Assembly: GCA_028534125.1 (NCBI GenBank)
Contig: CM052817.1
Location: forward strand, 14,634,001-14,698,000
Origin: Lama glama
Lineage: Eukaryota
Direction of reading: 5' to 3'
DNA: 64,000 nucleotides
Within the stretch, counting starts at the first letter, position 1; each line of letters starts with the position of its first letter. Made by a program: the position numbers and the translations under genes. The notes beneath the pieces are model-generated. The model was not told where the DNA came from. It searched no databases and was given only the letters and a program-made list of their open reading frames with translations. Positions 25,356 to 37,050 of the stretch are shown one piece after another.

Positions 25356-26649
25356 ACAAATGACCTCATGTTTGCAAATATTTATAGAGATTGGAAGAAC
25401 AGTGTGTCAATGATCATACTGGATACACTGACTAGGATATCTTGGGAAATAAACACTGAATTAGATGTAAGTTGCAACTTCAATGTAAGGATTTTCTAGG
25501 GATACAGGTCTGCAGATCAAAGAAAAAGAAGCAAAGACAACTTAGGCTGGGCTGGGCAGGAGCAACAATAGAGCGTGAGGCAGAGACACGGAGACGCCGT
25601 GTCTGCAATGGAAAGTCAGCCTTGCGTCAAGATTCTCATCTGTAGGCTTCAGCTACGTATTTGAAGAATGCTGGGTCGTTCGCAAAATGTTTATTAAAAG
25701 AAACATCTGCTGCAAAAAATATGACTCTCCTTTGATAACAAAACAAACTTGAGTCTCAGAAAACTGTTAAAGGTCACAAGCCAAGGATAAAACGACTAGT
25801 TGGAGGCTGAGCTGAAACTAGAACCTAGGGGTTTTCTTTCTTTTTTTTTTTTTTTCAGTCCAACCCTGTACACTTTGCCTTAGAGCATATACTAAGTGTC
25901 AATCAGCAACTTCCACTTGGCAGTTGGCCTCAGCTCACTCCTCTCCTTCATTATCCGTTTTTATCCCTTCTTCCAATTCCCTTCACTTTTCTCCCGGGAA
26001 TCCCTGCGCAGACCCTTCGAGACTGTCACCATGAAGAAAGAGCACTGCAAACAATGCCAGGTGTTCTGTCTCACCTTAAATCACGAAACCCCGAGTCTGC
26101 AGCAGGAAAGTGACTATTGGCAGCAAATTGGTCTTTTCAGATACACCTGTTCATACAAAGAGCCGTCACTCCCGGGAGAACCATCCTAAAATATTGACTG
26201 TGCTGCTTTTCAGTGTTCTCCAAGGTACTGCCATTTAATGCACTTGAAAAAAAAAAAAAGGTCTGTTTGCTAATAGTATTTCATGTCTACTGCTCTGTAG
26301 CTTCACAAATTTCAAGTCAACAAAAGTATATTGAGCGTTTAATATGGGTCATGCCCTGTTCTGAACACTGAGGAGTCTCCAGGTTAAATGAAACGTGGTC
26401 CCAGCCATCATTGTGGCCCTAATGATAATGGATTATAATAAAACGGAGGGTGAAGTTAGGCACCACGAACTGAGCAGAACGGTGCCACTGCCAGTTTATA
26501 GTTTCCGTCAGCTCTTTCAAAGCCACTAACCTGTCCAGCCACCCTCTGTCTCTTCCTAGGCAACATTCCTTTCTATGGTGCCAAAAGATTCCCCACGTCT
26601 CTTACTTCCTTCTGTCCTGTCTGTCCAACATTTTCACCAATCCTGATTC

Positions 26650-27200
26650 TTTGCTCTTAACCAACAGGTGCAAGTCTCTCTCATCTTCCTGGTATCCAAG
26701 TCAGAAACCTAATAGTTACCCTTGACTCTTCTCTCTTCTTCCACACACAATCGTCACAATATTTACAGATTCAAACTCCTAAAAACCTCTCACATCCACC
26801 CACACCCCCATCGCAATTCCCAGCTACTGCCTCAGTTCAAGGCAGCATCCTTTCTTGTAAGGATTATTCCAGTAGCCTCATGACTAGCCCTCTCTTGCTC
26901 CATTCTCACTTCTTTACCATCCAATGACCACTGTGCTTCCAGTGAGCTTTCTAAAATCTGAAACTAGTCATGTTACTGATCCTGCTTAACATCTTTTCAT
27001 GGATTCCTTTTGCCTGTAGAATAAAATCAGACTTCTCTCCATAATGTATAAGCCCTTCCAGATCTGCCTCCTACCTCCCTCGGCCAGCCATTCCACCTCT
27101 CGCACTTGGCATTGCAGCCTTCTTAAACTTCGGTGTTTCCTCCCACACCTCTCACTTTCTTCATGTTCTCCTTCTGCTTAATACACATCACCCCTCCCAT
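26650..27200 (+). mobile_element. L2 fragment
   Basis: caagtcagaaacctaatagttacccttgactcttctctc...gtgagctttctaaaatctg. Confidence 0.75.
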
Positions 27201-27818
27201 ATTTGTTTGAGGCGCTTTAAACAGATTTGATCCATGTGTTATTCGGGGCTCTGCTTCTTTGAACATCTGTCACTAAGTCATTACACCCTCCACTCATTGC
27301 CCTTTTTGATATGGAACTCCTGTTTGTATGAAACCTAACTTTCACGTCAGGAGGGGCTGCTTTTTGCAGATTCCAGTTGCAAAGCACAGCAGATGCAGAC
27401 AGCTCTGGGAAAAAAACAAAGACAGTCAATCACAAGTCCCTGCTTTTCGCTAAGCAAAGCCAGATGCTATCATTGTAGGTCAGCGACAGGTAAACTGCAA
27501 ATAAAGAAATTATCACACAGACCACATCAGGTATCAAAGCCTTTACTGAGGTTGGAGTTCTTCATTCTGCAGTAGAAAACACACACCTGTTTTCCATCAG
27601 AAGTGAATAAAGACCTATCAGCCCTCTGTCTGGATCCGAAGAAATCACACAGTGAACCTCCAACACCATCTCAGTTCCTGTTACACAGCATAGTGATTCG
27701 ATATTTCCATGTGTTTCACAATGATCACCACCATAAGTCTGCTTACCATTTGTCACCATACAAAGATAACCAGACTCTGTTCCCCACACTGTACATTTCA
27801 CACCCATGACTCATTTTA

Positions 27819-28091
27819 GCTTTTTTTTTTAACATTTTTTATTGATTTATAATCATTTTACAATGTTGTGTCAAATTCCAGTGTTCAGCACAATTTTTCA
27901 GTCATTCATGGACATATACACACTCATTGTCACATTGTTTTCTCTGTGATTTATCATAACATTTTGTGTATATTTCCCTGTGCTATACAGTGTAATCTTG
28001 CTTATCTATTCTACAATTTTGAAATCCCAGTCTATCCCTTCCCACCCTCTACCCCCCTGGTAACCACAAGCCTGTATTCTCTGTCCATGAG
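27819..28091 (-). mobile_element. Young camelid-type L1 3' end, 5'-truncated, with 17-bp TSD
   Basis: Poly-T at left; identical TSD acccatgactcatttta at 27802-27818 and 28092-28108. Confidence 0.93.
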
Positions 28092-28368
28092 ACCCATGAC
28101 TCATTTTATTTTGCAGCTGGAAGTTTGTACGTCTTTCTCTCCCTCCCCTATTTCTCTCCTCCCTCCATCTCCCTGCCCTCCGGCAACCACCTGTTTATTC
28201 TCTGTATGTATGACTCTCTGTTTTGTGGTTTGTTCATTTTGCTTTCTAGATTCCACGTACACGTGAAATCATGCAGTATTTGTCTTTCTCTGTCTGACTT
28301 ATCTCACTTGGCATTATACCTTCTAGGTACATCCATGTTGTCCCAAAGGGCAAGATTTCATTCTTTTT

Positions 28369-28550
28369 TTTCCCATGTTTTAAATTTTTATTAAACTTTT
28401 TTGATAATGTAATTAGTTTTAAGGACCGTGAGTATAAAATATTTCCACTGTTCAGAGACATCTTTAGGCCAATGCAACATAGAGAAAGTGGGAGAAGAGC
28501 TACTCAGAACTTGACATCTCTCATTATAAGGAGAATGTAGGCAGGTCTAT
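28369..28550 (-). pseudogene. 5'-truncated retrocopy of an unidentified polyadenylated RNA (3'UTR-like)
   Basis: Non-L1 sequence; AATAAA (- strand, 28387-28392) 15 nt before an A-run; TSD aagatt(t/c)cattcttttt at 28352-28368 and 28551-28567. Confidence 0.75.
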
Positions 28551-28783
28551 AAGATTCCATTCTTTTTGATGGCTAATAGTTCACTGTGTGTGTATATATA
28601 CCAATCTCTCTATAGATACCACATCTTCTCTGTCCATTCATCTATTGATGGGCACTTAAATCGCTTCCATAACCTGGCTATCGTAAATCCTGCTGCAATG
28701 AACATAGGGGTGCATATATCTTTTCAATTAGTATTTTTATTTTCTTCAGATAAACACCCAGGAGCGGAATTGCTGGAGCATAT

Positions 28784-28860
28784 GTACACTTTAAACTTAC
28801 ATAGTGCTGTGGTTCAATTATAGCTCAGTAGAATTAAAACAAAAATAAATAAAATGTAAA
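28784..28860 (+). mobile_element. Short plus-strand L1 3' tail abutting the host L1
   Basis: gtacactttaaacttacatagtgctgtggttcaattatagctcagta plus an A-rich tail. Confidence 0.65.
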
Positions 28861-28934
28861 ATTTTTTTTTAAATTTCCCAATCAGATGTAATCAGTCCAC
28901 TGGTGGCCCCTGTCCTAAGGACAGACCTTAGGTG

Positions 28935-29180
28935 TACAGCCTGGGCCACGGCCTGCGGAATCCATTTGCCTGGGCTTAAAACCACAGCTCATCCACTTAC
29001 TGGCCACGTGGTGGCACCAACATGTTCCCTGACCTCTCAGTGCCCCAGTCTGATCATCTGTAAGAGATGACTAAGATAGATAATAAGATTTACCTCACAA
29101 AGTTGCTACAAAGATGAAATAACATGCAAAATTCCTGACACGTGTTAAAGGTCCAATAAGTATTAATAGTTACATTACTG
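28935..29180 (+). mobile_element. MIR SINE
   Basis: cctgggcttaaaaccacagctcatccacttact...acctctcagtgccccagtctgatcatctgtaa. Confidence 0.8.
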
Positions 29181-29793
29181 TTAAATAGCAAAATCTAACA
29201 GAATCTATCAGGAGGGAAATGCTCTTATTTTACAAGTTTTGCTCCCATATCCCCCCTCTCTTAAAATTTACCTCTACCTGTTGGTTTTCGTTTGTTTATT
29301 TTTTTACTAATGGTTGTTCTCTCGATAGCATGGTAGAGCTTTGTTTGGGAACTTGGTTGAAAAGGGCTTTGAAACGATGCAGTCAATTTTACCACTGAGA
29401 TCTTTTTAAAAATCTCAATATTTATTTAATGATTTTAATTTCAAGAGGAAGATCTCAGGTCCCTGACTGTATGCTTCAGGAAAAGACCCAAGATTCAGCT
29501 TGCTCCTTGTGGGGAGACAACTTGTCAAGACTGCACCAATGTTTCACGCCATCACTCTGGGCAGCCAGGTGCGGGGGACTGTCTTTCTGCAGATTAATGT
29601 GGCCCAGCCTGTGAATAAAGTACTTGTCAGAGGAAGAAGCCAGCAGGAACTTATCTCGGCAATGACTTTAAAAACTTCACCATGGCCCTTAGTACCTAAA
29701 GGAAAATTCTAAGTTCATCAAAACTGCACAAGATATTCCAAAGTAAGAGGAAAAAACTATTTGGATGTCTGGTCACTTCAAAAAAAAGCAAGA

Positions 29794-30694
29794 TCTTTAT
29801 CCAGTCATCTGTCAGTGCACATTTAAGTTGTTTCCATGTCTTGGCTATTGTAAATAGTGCTGCTATGAACACTGGGGTGCATGTGCATTTTTGAATTAGA
29901 GTTCCCTCTGGATATATGCCCAGGACTGGAATTGCTGGACCATATGGTATGTCTGTTTTTAGCTTTTTAAGGAACTCCATACTGTTTTCCATAATGGGTG
30001 CATCAAACTACATTTCCACCAACAGTGTAGGAGGGTTCCCTTTTCTCCACACTGTCTCCAACATTTATCAGTTGTGAACTTTTTAAAGATGGCCATTCTG
30101 ACTGGTGTGAAGTGATACCTCATTGTAGTTTTGATTTAGAGTTCTCTGATAATTAAGGATATTGAGCATTTTTCCATGTGCCTATCCATCAACAGATGAC
30201 TGGTTAAAGATATATATATACATACACACATACATATAATGGAATACTACTCAGCCATAAAAAGGATAAAATAATGCCACTTGATGCAACATGGATGGAC
30301 CTGGAGATTGCTGTATTTAGTGAAGTAAGGCAGAAAGAGAAAGAAAAATACCATATGATCTCACTTACATGTGGAATCTAAAAAAAGAAGACACAAATGA
30401 ACTTATTTACAAAATAGAAACAGACTCACAGACATAGAAAACAAACTTGGTTACTGGGTGGGGAAGGGAGTGGGAAGGGATACATTGGGGGTTTGAGATC
30501 TGCAGATACTAACCACTATATATAAAATAGATAAACAACAAGTTTCTACTGTATAGCACAGGGAACTATATTTAATATTTTGTAGTAACCTATAATGAAA
30601 AAGAATATGAAGGTAGGTATATGTATAACTGAACTATTATGCTGTACACCAGAAATTGACACAACATTGTAAAATGACTACACTTCTATTTAAA
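29794..30694 (+). mobile_element. L1 with 5' inversion (inverted segment 29794-30185, sense segment 30186-30694)
   Basis: TSD aaaaaaaagcaaga at 29780-29793 and 30695-30708; ORF 29696-29992 (-) is L1 ORF2 ([22 protein letters not shown]); sense part ends in 3'UTR/polyA. Confidence 0.92.
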
Positions 30695-31440
30695 AAAAAA
30701 AAGCAAGAATGAGGAGGAAGAGGAGAATTCAACCTTTTATTTACTTTATAAAAAGTCAATTTTTACTTATTTACATATCAATTGCTAAGAAGTCTATCTC
30801 TAATTAAAATACACGAACGAATATGAACAAATGCAGTTTGAGATTTGAAAGGAGGGAGAGAGACAGATACACAGATACACACAGATACAGCATTAGGATG
30901 GGGCAAAATCAGAGGCAACATTTCCTAGTTTCTTTTTTGCAAAGCTTGAATGATTTTTGAACAGGTACAATCAGTTCTGTTACACTGTGCTTGTATTTCC
31001 TGCTCTTTTGTTTTCCTCAGGTTTGTTTCATCACATTCTCTTAAGAGTAGCCTATGAGTTCATGAATTAAGAGAAAATTGTCAAGAGGATGAGCAGTTTC
31101 TTATGGAGGAACCAGGGACCGGGTTCAATGCCTCACTTGCACAACCCCAAGTAACCCTAACAGGTTAATTTCCTTATGGGAAAGCGGCTATTATCCCCAT
31201 TTTACAGGGACAAATGAAATAAGACAGCTAAGAATAACAATTTTCACGTCACAGAGCTGCCTCATTCTGTGACATTCTCATCTCTAAATTTCGCAAGGCA
31301 ACTGTGACATTTTCCTCTCTTAGCACTTATTTTCCATTCTCGTAATGGGGTTAAGTGTTTTTCTCTAAGACCTTCTTAGAGTCTTCAGGTCTATCCTGAA
31401 ACTTAATTTCTCTCTGTCTGTTTCTTGCACGCATGAGGAT

Positions 31441-31482
31441 ACACACACACACACAAACACATACACATGCACGCACACACAC
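31441..31482 (+). repeat. Imperfect (CA)n microsatellite
   Basis: acacacacacacacaaacacatacacatgcacgcacacacac. Confidence 0.85.
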
Positions 31483-31634
31483 GTTTGAGTATAGACCTAG
31501 AATTTCTCATTTATTCGACAAATATATTGAGCTCCTGCTATGCACCAGGCTCTGTTCCAGGCATGGGGGATGCAGGAAGCCTTCCTAAAGCTTCCACTTT
31601 GCAGAGTAACAGATATTCAAGAAATGTATCACAC

Positions 31635-31844
31635 ATTACTACCTATAAAAGAGATTAACAACAAGGACGTACCATGTAGCACAGGGAACTACATTCAGTT
31701 TCTTATAATGAATTGTAATGGAAAAGAATGGAAAAGAAAAAAATATATGTATGTTTGTATGTACATGTATAACTGAATTGCCTCGCTGCACACCTGAAAC
31801 TAACTTTGTAAATCGACTATGCTTCAATAAAAAATAAAAACAAA
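31635..31844 (+). mobile_element. 5'-truncated L1 3' end inserted into an L2 fragment
   Basis: gtagcacagggaactacattca...ctgcacacctgaaactaac; decayed TSD aagaaatgtatcacac (31619-31634) / aagaaacatatcaaac (31845-31860). Confidence 0.85.
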
Positions 31845-32404
31845 AAGAAACATATCAAACAAAAAATCATTTTATCACAGTTGTAACAAATGCTACAGTA
31901 GAACACGGAGTGTGAAATGACAGCTTCTCACGCAGGGACCCAACCCCAAAACTGAGAAGAAGAAGAGAACGGAGCATCCTCTGTGTAGAGAATATGCTGC
32001 AGTGACCCTCTGTGGCCGGTCGCCTTGCTTCCTGACGTGTGAGCTAGCTCGCCTCCTCCGTGCTTCCCAACTGCCCGAAGCAACTGTACTTTCTTGCTCT
32101 GTGATGCTCTCTGTCCTACATGCCCGACCAATGGTGACGGAAATCTCAAGGCTTTTGAGCTTTTTGAGGTGCCTGGATTCTGACTGTCATGATTCATCCT
32201 CCTACGCTGGTTTTATTTTTTTTCTTTTTTAACATATGTATGCTGTGGCTTCTATTTTAACCCACGGATATAATGGTGTTGGGATTTGAGACTTTATCGT
32301 AGGTATCTTTCTTTCTCTTGATTACCTGTACTTGTTAAACGGGCAATATAAAAAATTGACAAAGGAGGGTTTTTACTGTAGCTTGTGATTCTCTCTCTTT
32401 GCTC

Positions 32405-33500
32405 TTATTCAGTCATTCTCTCAATCACAAAACAGATAATGGATACCTGTTATGTGCCAGGCATTGTGTTACCTCCAGGATACACAGCTGGGAACAGAAT
32501 AGGCATGCCCCCAGCCCTCGTGGAGCATACACAGTGACTGATTCTTCATTGCTGTATTTGCAAAGCTTTCAAAAAAAGAAGTGCTTAGCACTGTGAAAGA
32601 TGCAGAGTTTGAAGAAGACAACGTCTCTGCCTGGCCGAATTCATGTTCTCATGAGGGAGACAAGATCAAGGCACATAAAACAACACATGAGACTATATTG
32701 TCCAAAAAAAAAAAAAGAATATAGAGTTGAATGTCCAGGGAAGATTTCTTTGAAAGATGAGGCCTGAAAAGTGCCTTGAAGGAAAAATAAACTTGGAAAA
32801 GGGATTAGAAGAGAGGAGGCCATCCAAGGTGAAAAATGACACAGGACCACCTTAAAAGGGTGGGGAGAGGACAGCAAAGAGACACGATTGTCTAGATTGC
32901 AAGCTTACTAAAAATAAGGGAAGGTGGGGCCTTAGGTGCTAAGGTAAGTTGTTGGCAGATAATGCAAAGCTCCTGTTTTCATGGTAAGTGAAGAGTTCTT
33001 GGATCCTTTTCTATCATTTTTATGCTGCAAGTACTATTTTTGAAGATGTATCTGAATTTGAAGGGCAAAGAAATGAGAGGCAGGGAGACAGATGGGGACA
33101 GTAATGATTAGATTCAGGTGTGTTGATGTCTGTACAAATGTGTACCCAATGGGACTTGAAGAACTGAATCCAGGAGATAATATATAAGACTGTGCTACAG
33201 TCTGAACAGAAGGGACAAGGGAATGATGGATGGGAATACAGGGGAAGAAATGTGGGAGATGAGGGTGTAAAAGACAGACACAAGTGGATGGCAGAGGAGT
33301 CTTGGTTAAGCTGGGTTTGTTGAATTTTATACAGTGGTTGAGCTTTTGCATTAATATGTCCTGTGATCATTTAAAGCCTGGTGCTTAAGTAAGAAGTGCA
33401 GCCTTGAAATCGGGGTGTCACTGGGACAGAAGTGATTGTGTCGCTCTGGAAACAGATGAGCTCTGTGTAGGGAGGGGATGCAGAGACAAACCTGAACTCT
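32405..33500 (-). mobile_element. L2 fragments
   Basis: attcagtcattc...acctgttatgtgccaggcattgtg and downstream purine-rich L2 reverse motifs. Confidence 0.65.
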
Positions 33501-34529
33501 CAGAAACCAAAAAAGCTAGCAATAACTAATTATCTACCAGAAACAAGAAAGTAGAATAATTAGACTTCAGATGATAAGAATGTCTATGCCATTAACATCA
33601 GACATTCGTTATGGTTATAAATTTCCTGGGAAAATGTAAATGGTAATTAGAAGAAAAAAAAAATCCCCTTCATTAAGTCTCCCACAATGCAATTTGTGGT
33701 TTCTAGAGAGGTCGACACTTCTGGCTTGGAAGAGGCCAGATCCCATAATTACCTGACAAATTCTCACAATTCCTGGGAAGCCAGTAAACTCCCCATAAAG
33801 CCAATGAGAAGATGGGAGCGGATTTATTTCCAGTAGTTCCATAAATCATGAGAAAACTTGAAAGATTCAATTAAGGACAGAACTGACCCCCTGAAAATTT
33901 AATAAAAGTGTGGGTTTGTTTTTTTTTTTTTGCAGATCCCTGTCCCCGTTGGCTCGGCTCCCTATGTTAACATAGACTCCGGTGGCAGATAATTAAATGA
34001 GCTTTTACTCCTGAGACTCTTGCTAACGGTTTGAGATTTCATCATCATCGAGTATGTTCCGTATATACCTTATTTGCCGGTGAACTCTCCTGACCCCTCT
34101 TCTCAGCCACACGCAAGTGTGCACACACACATCCATAAAAGTATTTAAATTTTAAATTGCAATTTCACTTTAAAAAATATCAGACAGTGCAGGTTTAATT
34201 GGAAAGATGTAATCCGTGTGATAACTTCTGAGGGTGGACCCAAGCTCTGACGTCCAAAACTTTAAATAAAATGAAAACTTGTTCCAAGGGTTAGTACTTG
34301 GCTTAGTCTGGCTGCACTGAGTGAAGCATATTTCAATCCATACTCTGCCTGCTTATCAGGAAGTTAGTCCCATCAGAATATTAGCCGTGGTGTTTCCAGT
34401 TCCTTAGCTTTACATTTCTTCCCCATGAGAACATTTGGGAATAAACGATAGCTTATTGTTCTAAATTCTCACTCCACCCTCTTGGTCTAATAAGATCTTA
34501 CCTAGTTCTAATGCCATCTTCTCTACAAA

Positions 34530-35500
34530 ATCATTTATTCATTCATTCATTCATTCATACAACAAATGTCCAACGATAAGCACTGGGTGGATTGAAATGA
34601 ACAAGACAGAAGAGGTCCTTGATCTTGTGAAGCTTACATTTGCGTGTGTGTAGAGAGGGCAAGGGTGAGGAGGGACTGGGAAGAAAAGAGAAACAAATGA
34701 TAGAAGAAGATAATTTCAGATACTGGTAAGTGCTGTAAAGAACTAGAAAAAAATTAAAAAGAGCACATTGGTAGAGAGTGAGAAGGTGACTTCTGAGCTA
34801 AGATCTGTGAGAAAACAAGGAGCCATCCAGGGGCAGATTTGGGGGAAGAGAATTTCATTCAGGAAGTTTGAGGTGAGAACAAGGTGGACATATGTTAAAA
34901 ACAGGAAGAAGGCTGATGTACACAGCTGCATTAAGATAACTTGTAGCAACTGAGACGGTGCTCTAATTGCACATTCCACAGCTAATTATAAAGTGGAACT
35001 GAGCAGAAAAGGGAAGTCGATGAGGAAGGGAAAGAAGGCTTGGGACAAATCATGTTGGACCTTGTAGGTCAAAGTCCGATGCTGGGTTTGATTTTAAGTG
35101 TAACAGGAAGCCACTGAAGCACTTGAGGCCGTAGAATGACAGAATTTATATTTTTCCAAATTTTCACAAGTCGTATTTTCTGTTGTGTGGAGAATGCACC
35201 ATAGAGAAACAGAAAAACAGAAGCAGAGAGACCAGGGAACCTGGTTATTGAAGACGACCAGAGGAGACTGGGTGGGAGCTTGAATCCGAGGACTAACAGT
35301 GGGGAGAGAGAAGTCTTGGCAGGTTTAAAGCATAGCTTAGGGGAAGGGTTTGGCTGGACCAGCTGGTGGACTGAATGTGGGAGACCATGGAAAGGGCTGA
35401 TTCATGGATGATGCCTCGATTTTTGGCTTCATCAACTGAGAATACCTGGGGAGGAGCAGATTATTTGGAGAAGTCACAGCAGGAAATCAAGAGATCCTTC
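34530..35500 (-). mobile_element. L2a fragment
   Basis: (attc)n terminus, ggtccttgatcttgtgaagcttacatt, ggtgacttctgagctaagatctg. Confidence 0.82.
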
Positions 35501-36794
35501 CCAACTCTCTCTTGACCATCAGTAGCAGCCTCCTTAACACCTTAAACACAAATCTGTTGCTGTGTAGCCCATGATTTATTGTAATTTGTATGTTTAATGG
35601 ATTTTGAGTCCCTAGAGATTACAGATCTTGGTTTACTCATATCCCAGATACTACCAAAGTGTCTGGCCCATAGTAGGTGCTCAAAATATACTTATTTACA
35701 ACACATATGAATTGAAGTAAAATATTTCAAGTCCAACTGCTTGTATGTTTGGAAAAGTAGCATCTTGCATAATTGAGTATATTCTTCTACTTTGATTTAT
35801 GAACTATTTTACTCACCCTGGAAAATACACAGCATATAAAATAAGAAGAGCTATGATTGCAATTTGGATTGCCATAATTAAAAGAAACCTCTATTTATAT
35901 GTAAAGCAGATTGTACTTTATGTAGAGAAGAAAGCAAATAAGTTGTTTATGAACAGGGACTTTTTGGAGCCCTGTATGGGTGAGGTACATCCCTCCGAAT
36001 TTAGTAGGGTTTCAATATTTTATTTAATAAATGGAACTGAATGCAATATTTTACCTAAAAGCTTTCATTGGTCTATAAAAATTACAAATGAGCAGAGTAC
36101 TTTGGGATAAACTATTAAAGTTTGGGGAGGATTTGTATTTATTCTATTGAGAGAGAGAGCCATTGGTATGTAAAGGTCCTACTAAGGGATCAAACAGTCA
36201 CTTTTCATGTGAATTGCCCACTGGGGACTGTACTTTCTGGGACTGACAGCATTTGCTATTTCAGTCCAGCGTTCATCCGTGTAACTTAACTGTTTTTGTT
36301 GTTGTTGCCTCACTACATCTCCTACTTAAAAGGGAAATGAAATGTTTAAACCACAAAATCCCAGGTGGTTCAGCCAACAGGTGTAAAAGGCAATGTGACA
36401 CCGAAATAAAACATTAAGTCAGTTTTTGCTTAATGGGAGAAGTTCTGATGTAGCATGCAGCCTTGATGTTTTTTTTCCCCTTTCCCAAGCCAGAGTGTTC
36501 TATAAAATCCCCACCCACACAACTACTAGCAAAAAGCACAGAGAGAAACAATTCTCTGATTGCATTTGAGAACACATTTGGAAAAACACTGGTCTTCCTT
36601 CAGGGTCAGCATTGCAGCAGCTAATGGACAAGAAGAAACCCAAGAGCTAAGATGGAGAAACAGGGATGATGACAACTCTGTGGTTTCTACTTGGAAACGT
36701 GAACAAATGCAGGCTGTGGATTCCACCTTTCTTGTCTGTCAGGACCTGGCCAATCTGCCCCAGGGTCAGGTGGGCCACAGGAAAGGATGATGAA

Positions 36795-37050
36795 GGGACA
36801 CCACCACCAACAACAGGCAACAGCAGTGTACACGCGGTCTCTCAGCAGCACGATCTCGGTCACACACGCACCATCGTAGCCTTCGCATTTCCCATCACCA
36901 GTTCTCACAAGCACCCCGCAAGGTAGATTTATCTCACCTGAAGAAACTGCAATTCAACACTAGTTGATAAACATACTCAAAACTGTATTTCTAGTAAGAA
37001 GCAGGCCAGAATCCAAACCCAAATACAGCCGGATCCAAATACACCACCCT
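36795..37050 (-). mobile_element. MIR SINE, left half unusually GC/CpG-rich
   Basis: tctcacaagcaccccgcaaggtagatttatctcacctgaagaaactgc...gccagaatccaaaccca. Confidence 0.6.

Larger units (their letters stand above)
27670..28785 (-). mobile_element. Host L1 3' end (older artiodactyl type) carrying two later insertions
   Basis: L1 3'UTR/ORF2 end resumes seamlessly after each TSD; ORF 28246-28461 (-) includes EILPFGTTWMYLEGIMPSEISQTEKDKY. Confidence 0.9.

Noticed and set aside
33910..34000. Strong plus-strand acceptor (poly-T-gcag) and 14-bp palindrome ctatgttaacatag
   Set aside because: Stops follow in all frames and there is no clear donor; one such palindrome in 64 kb is unremarkable.
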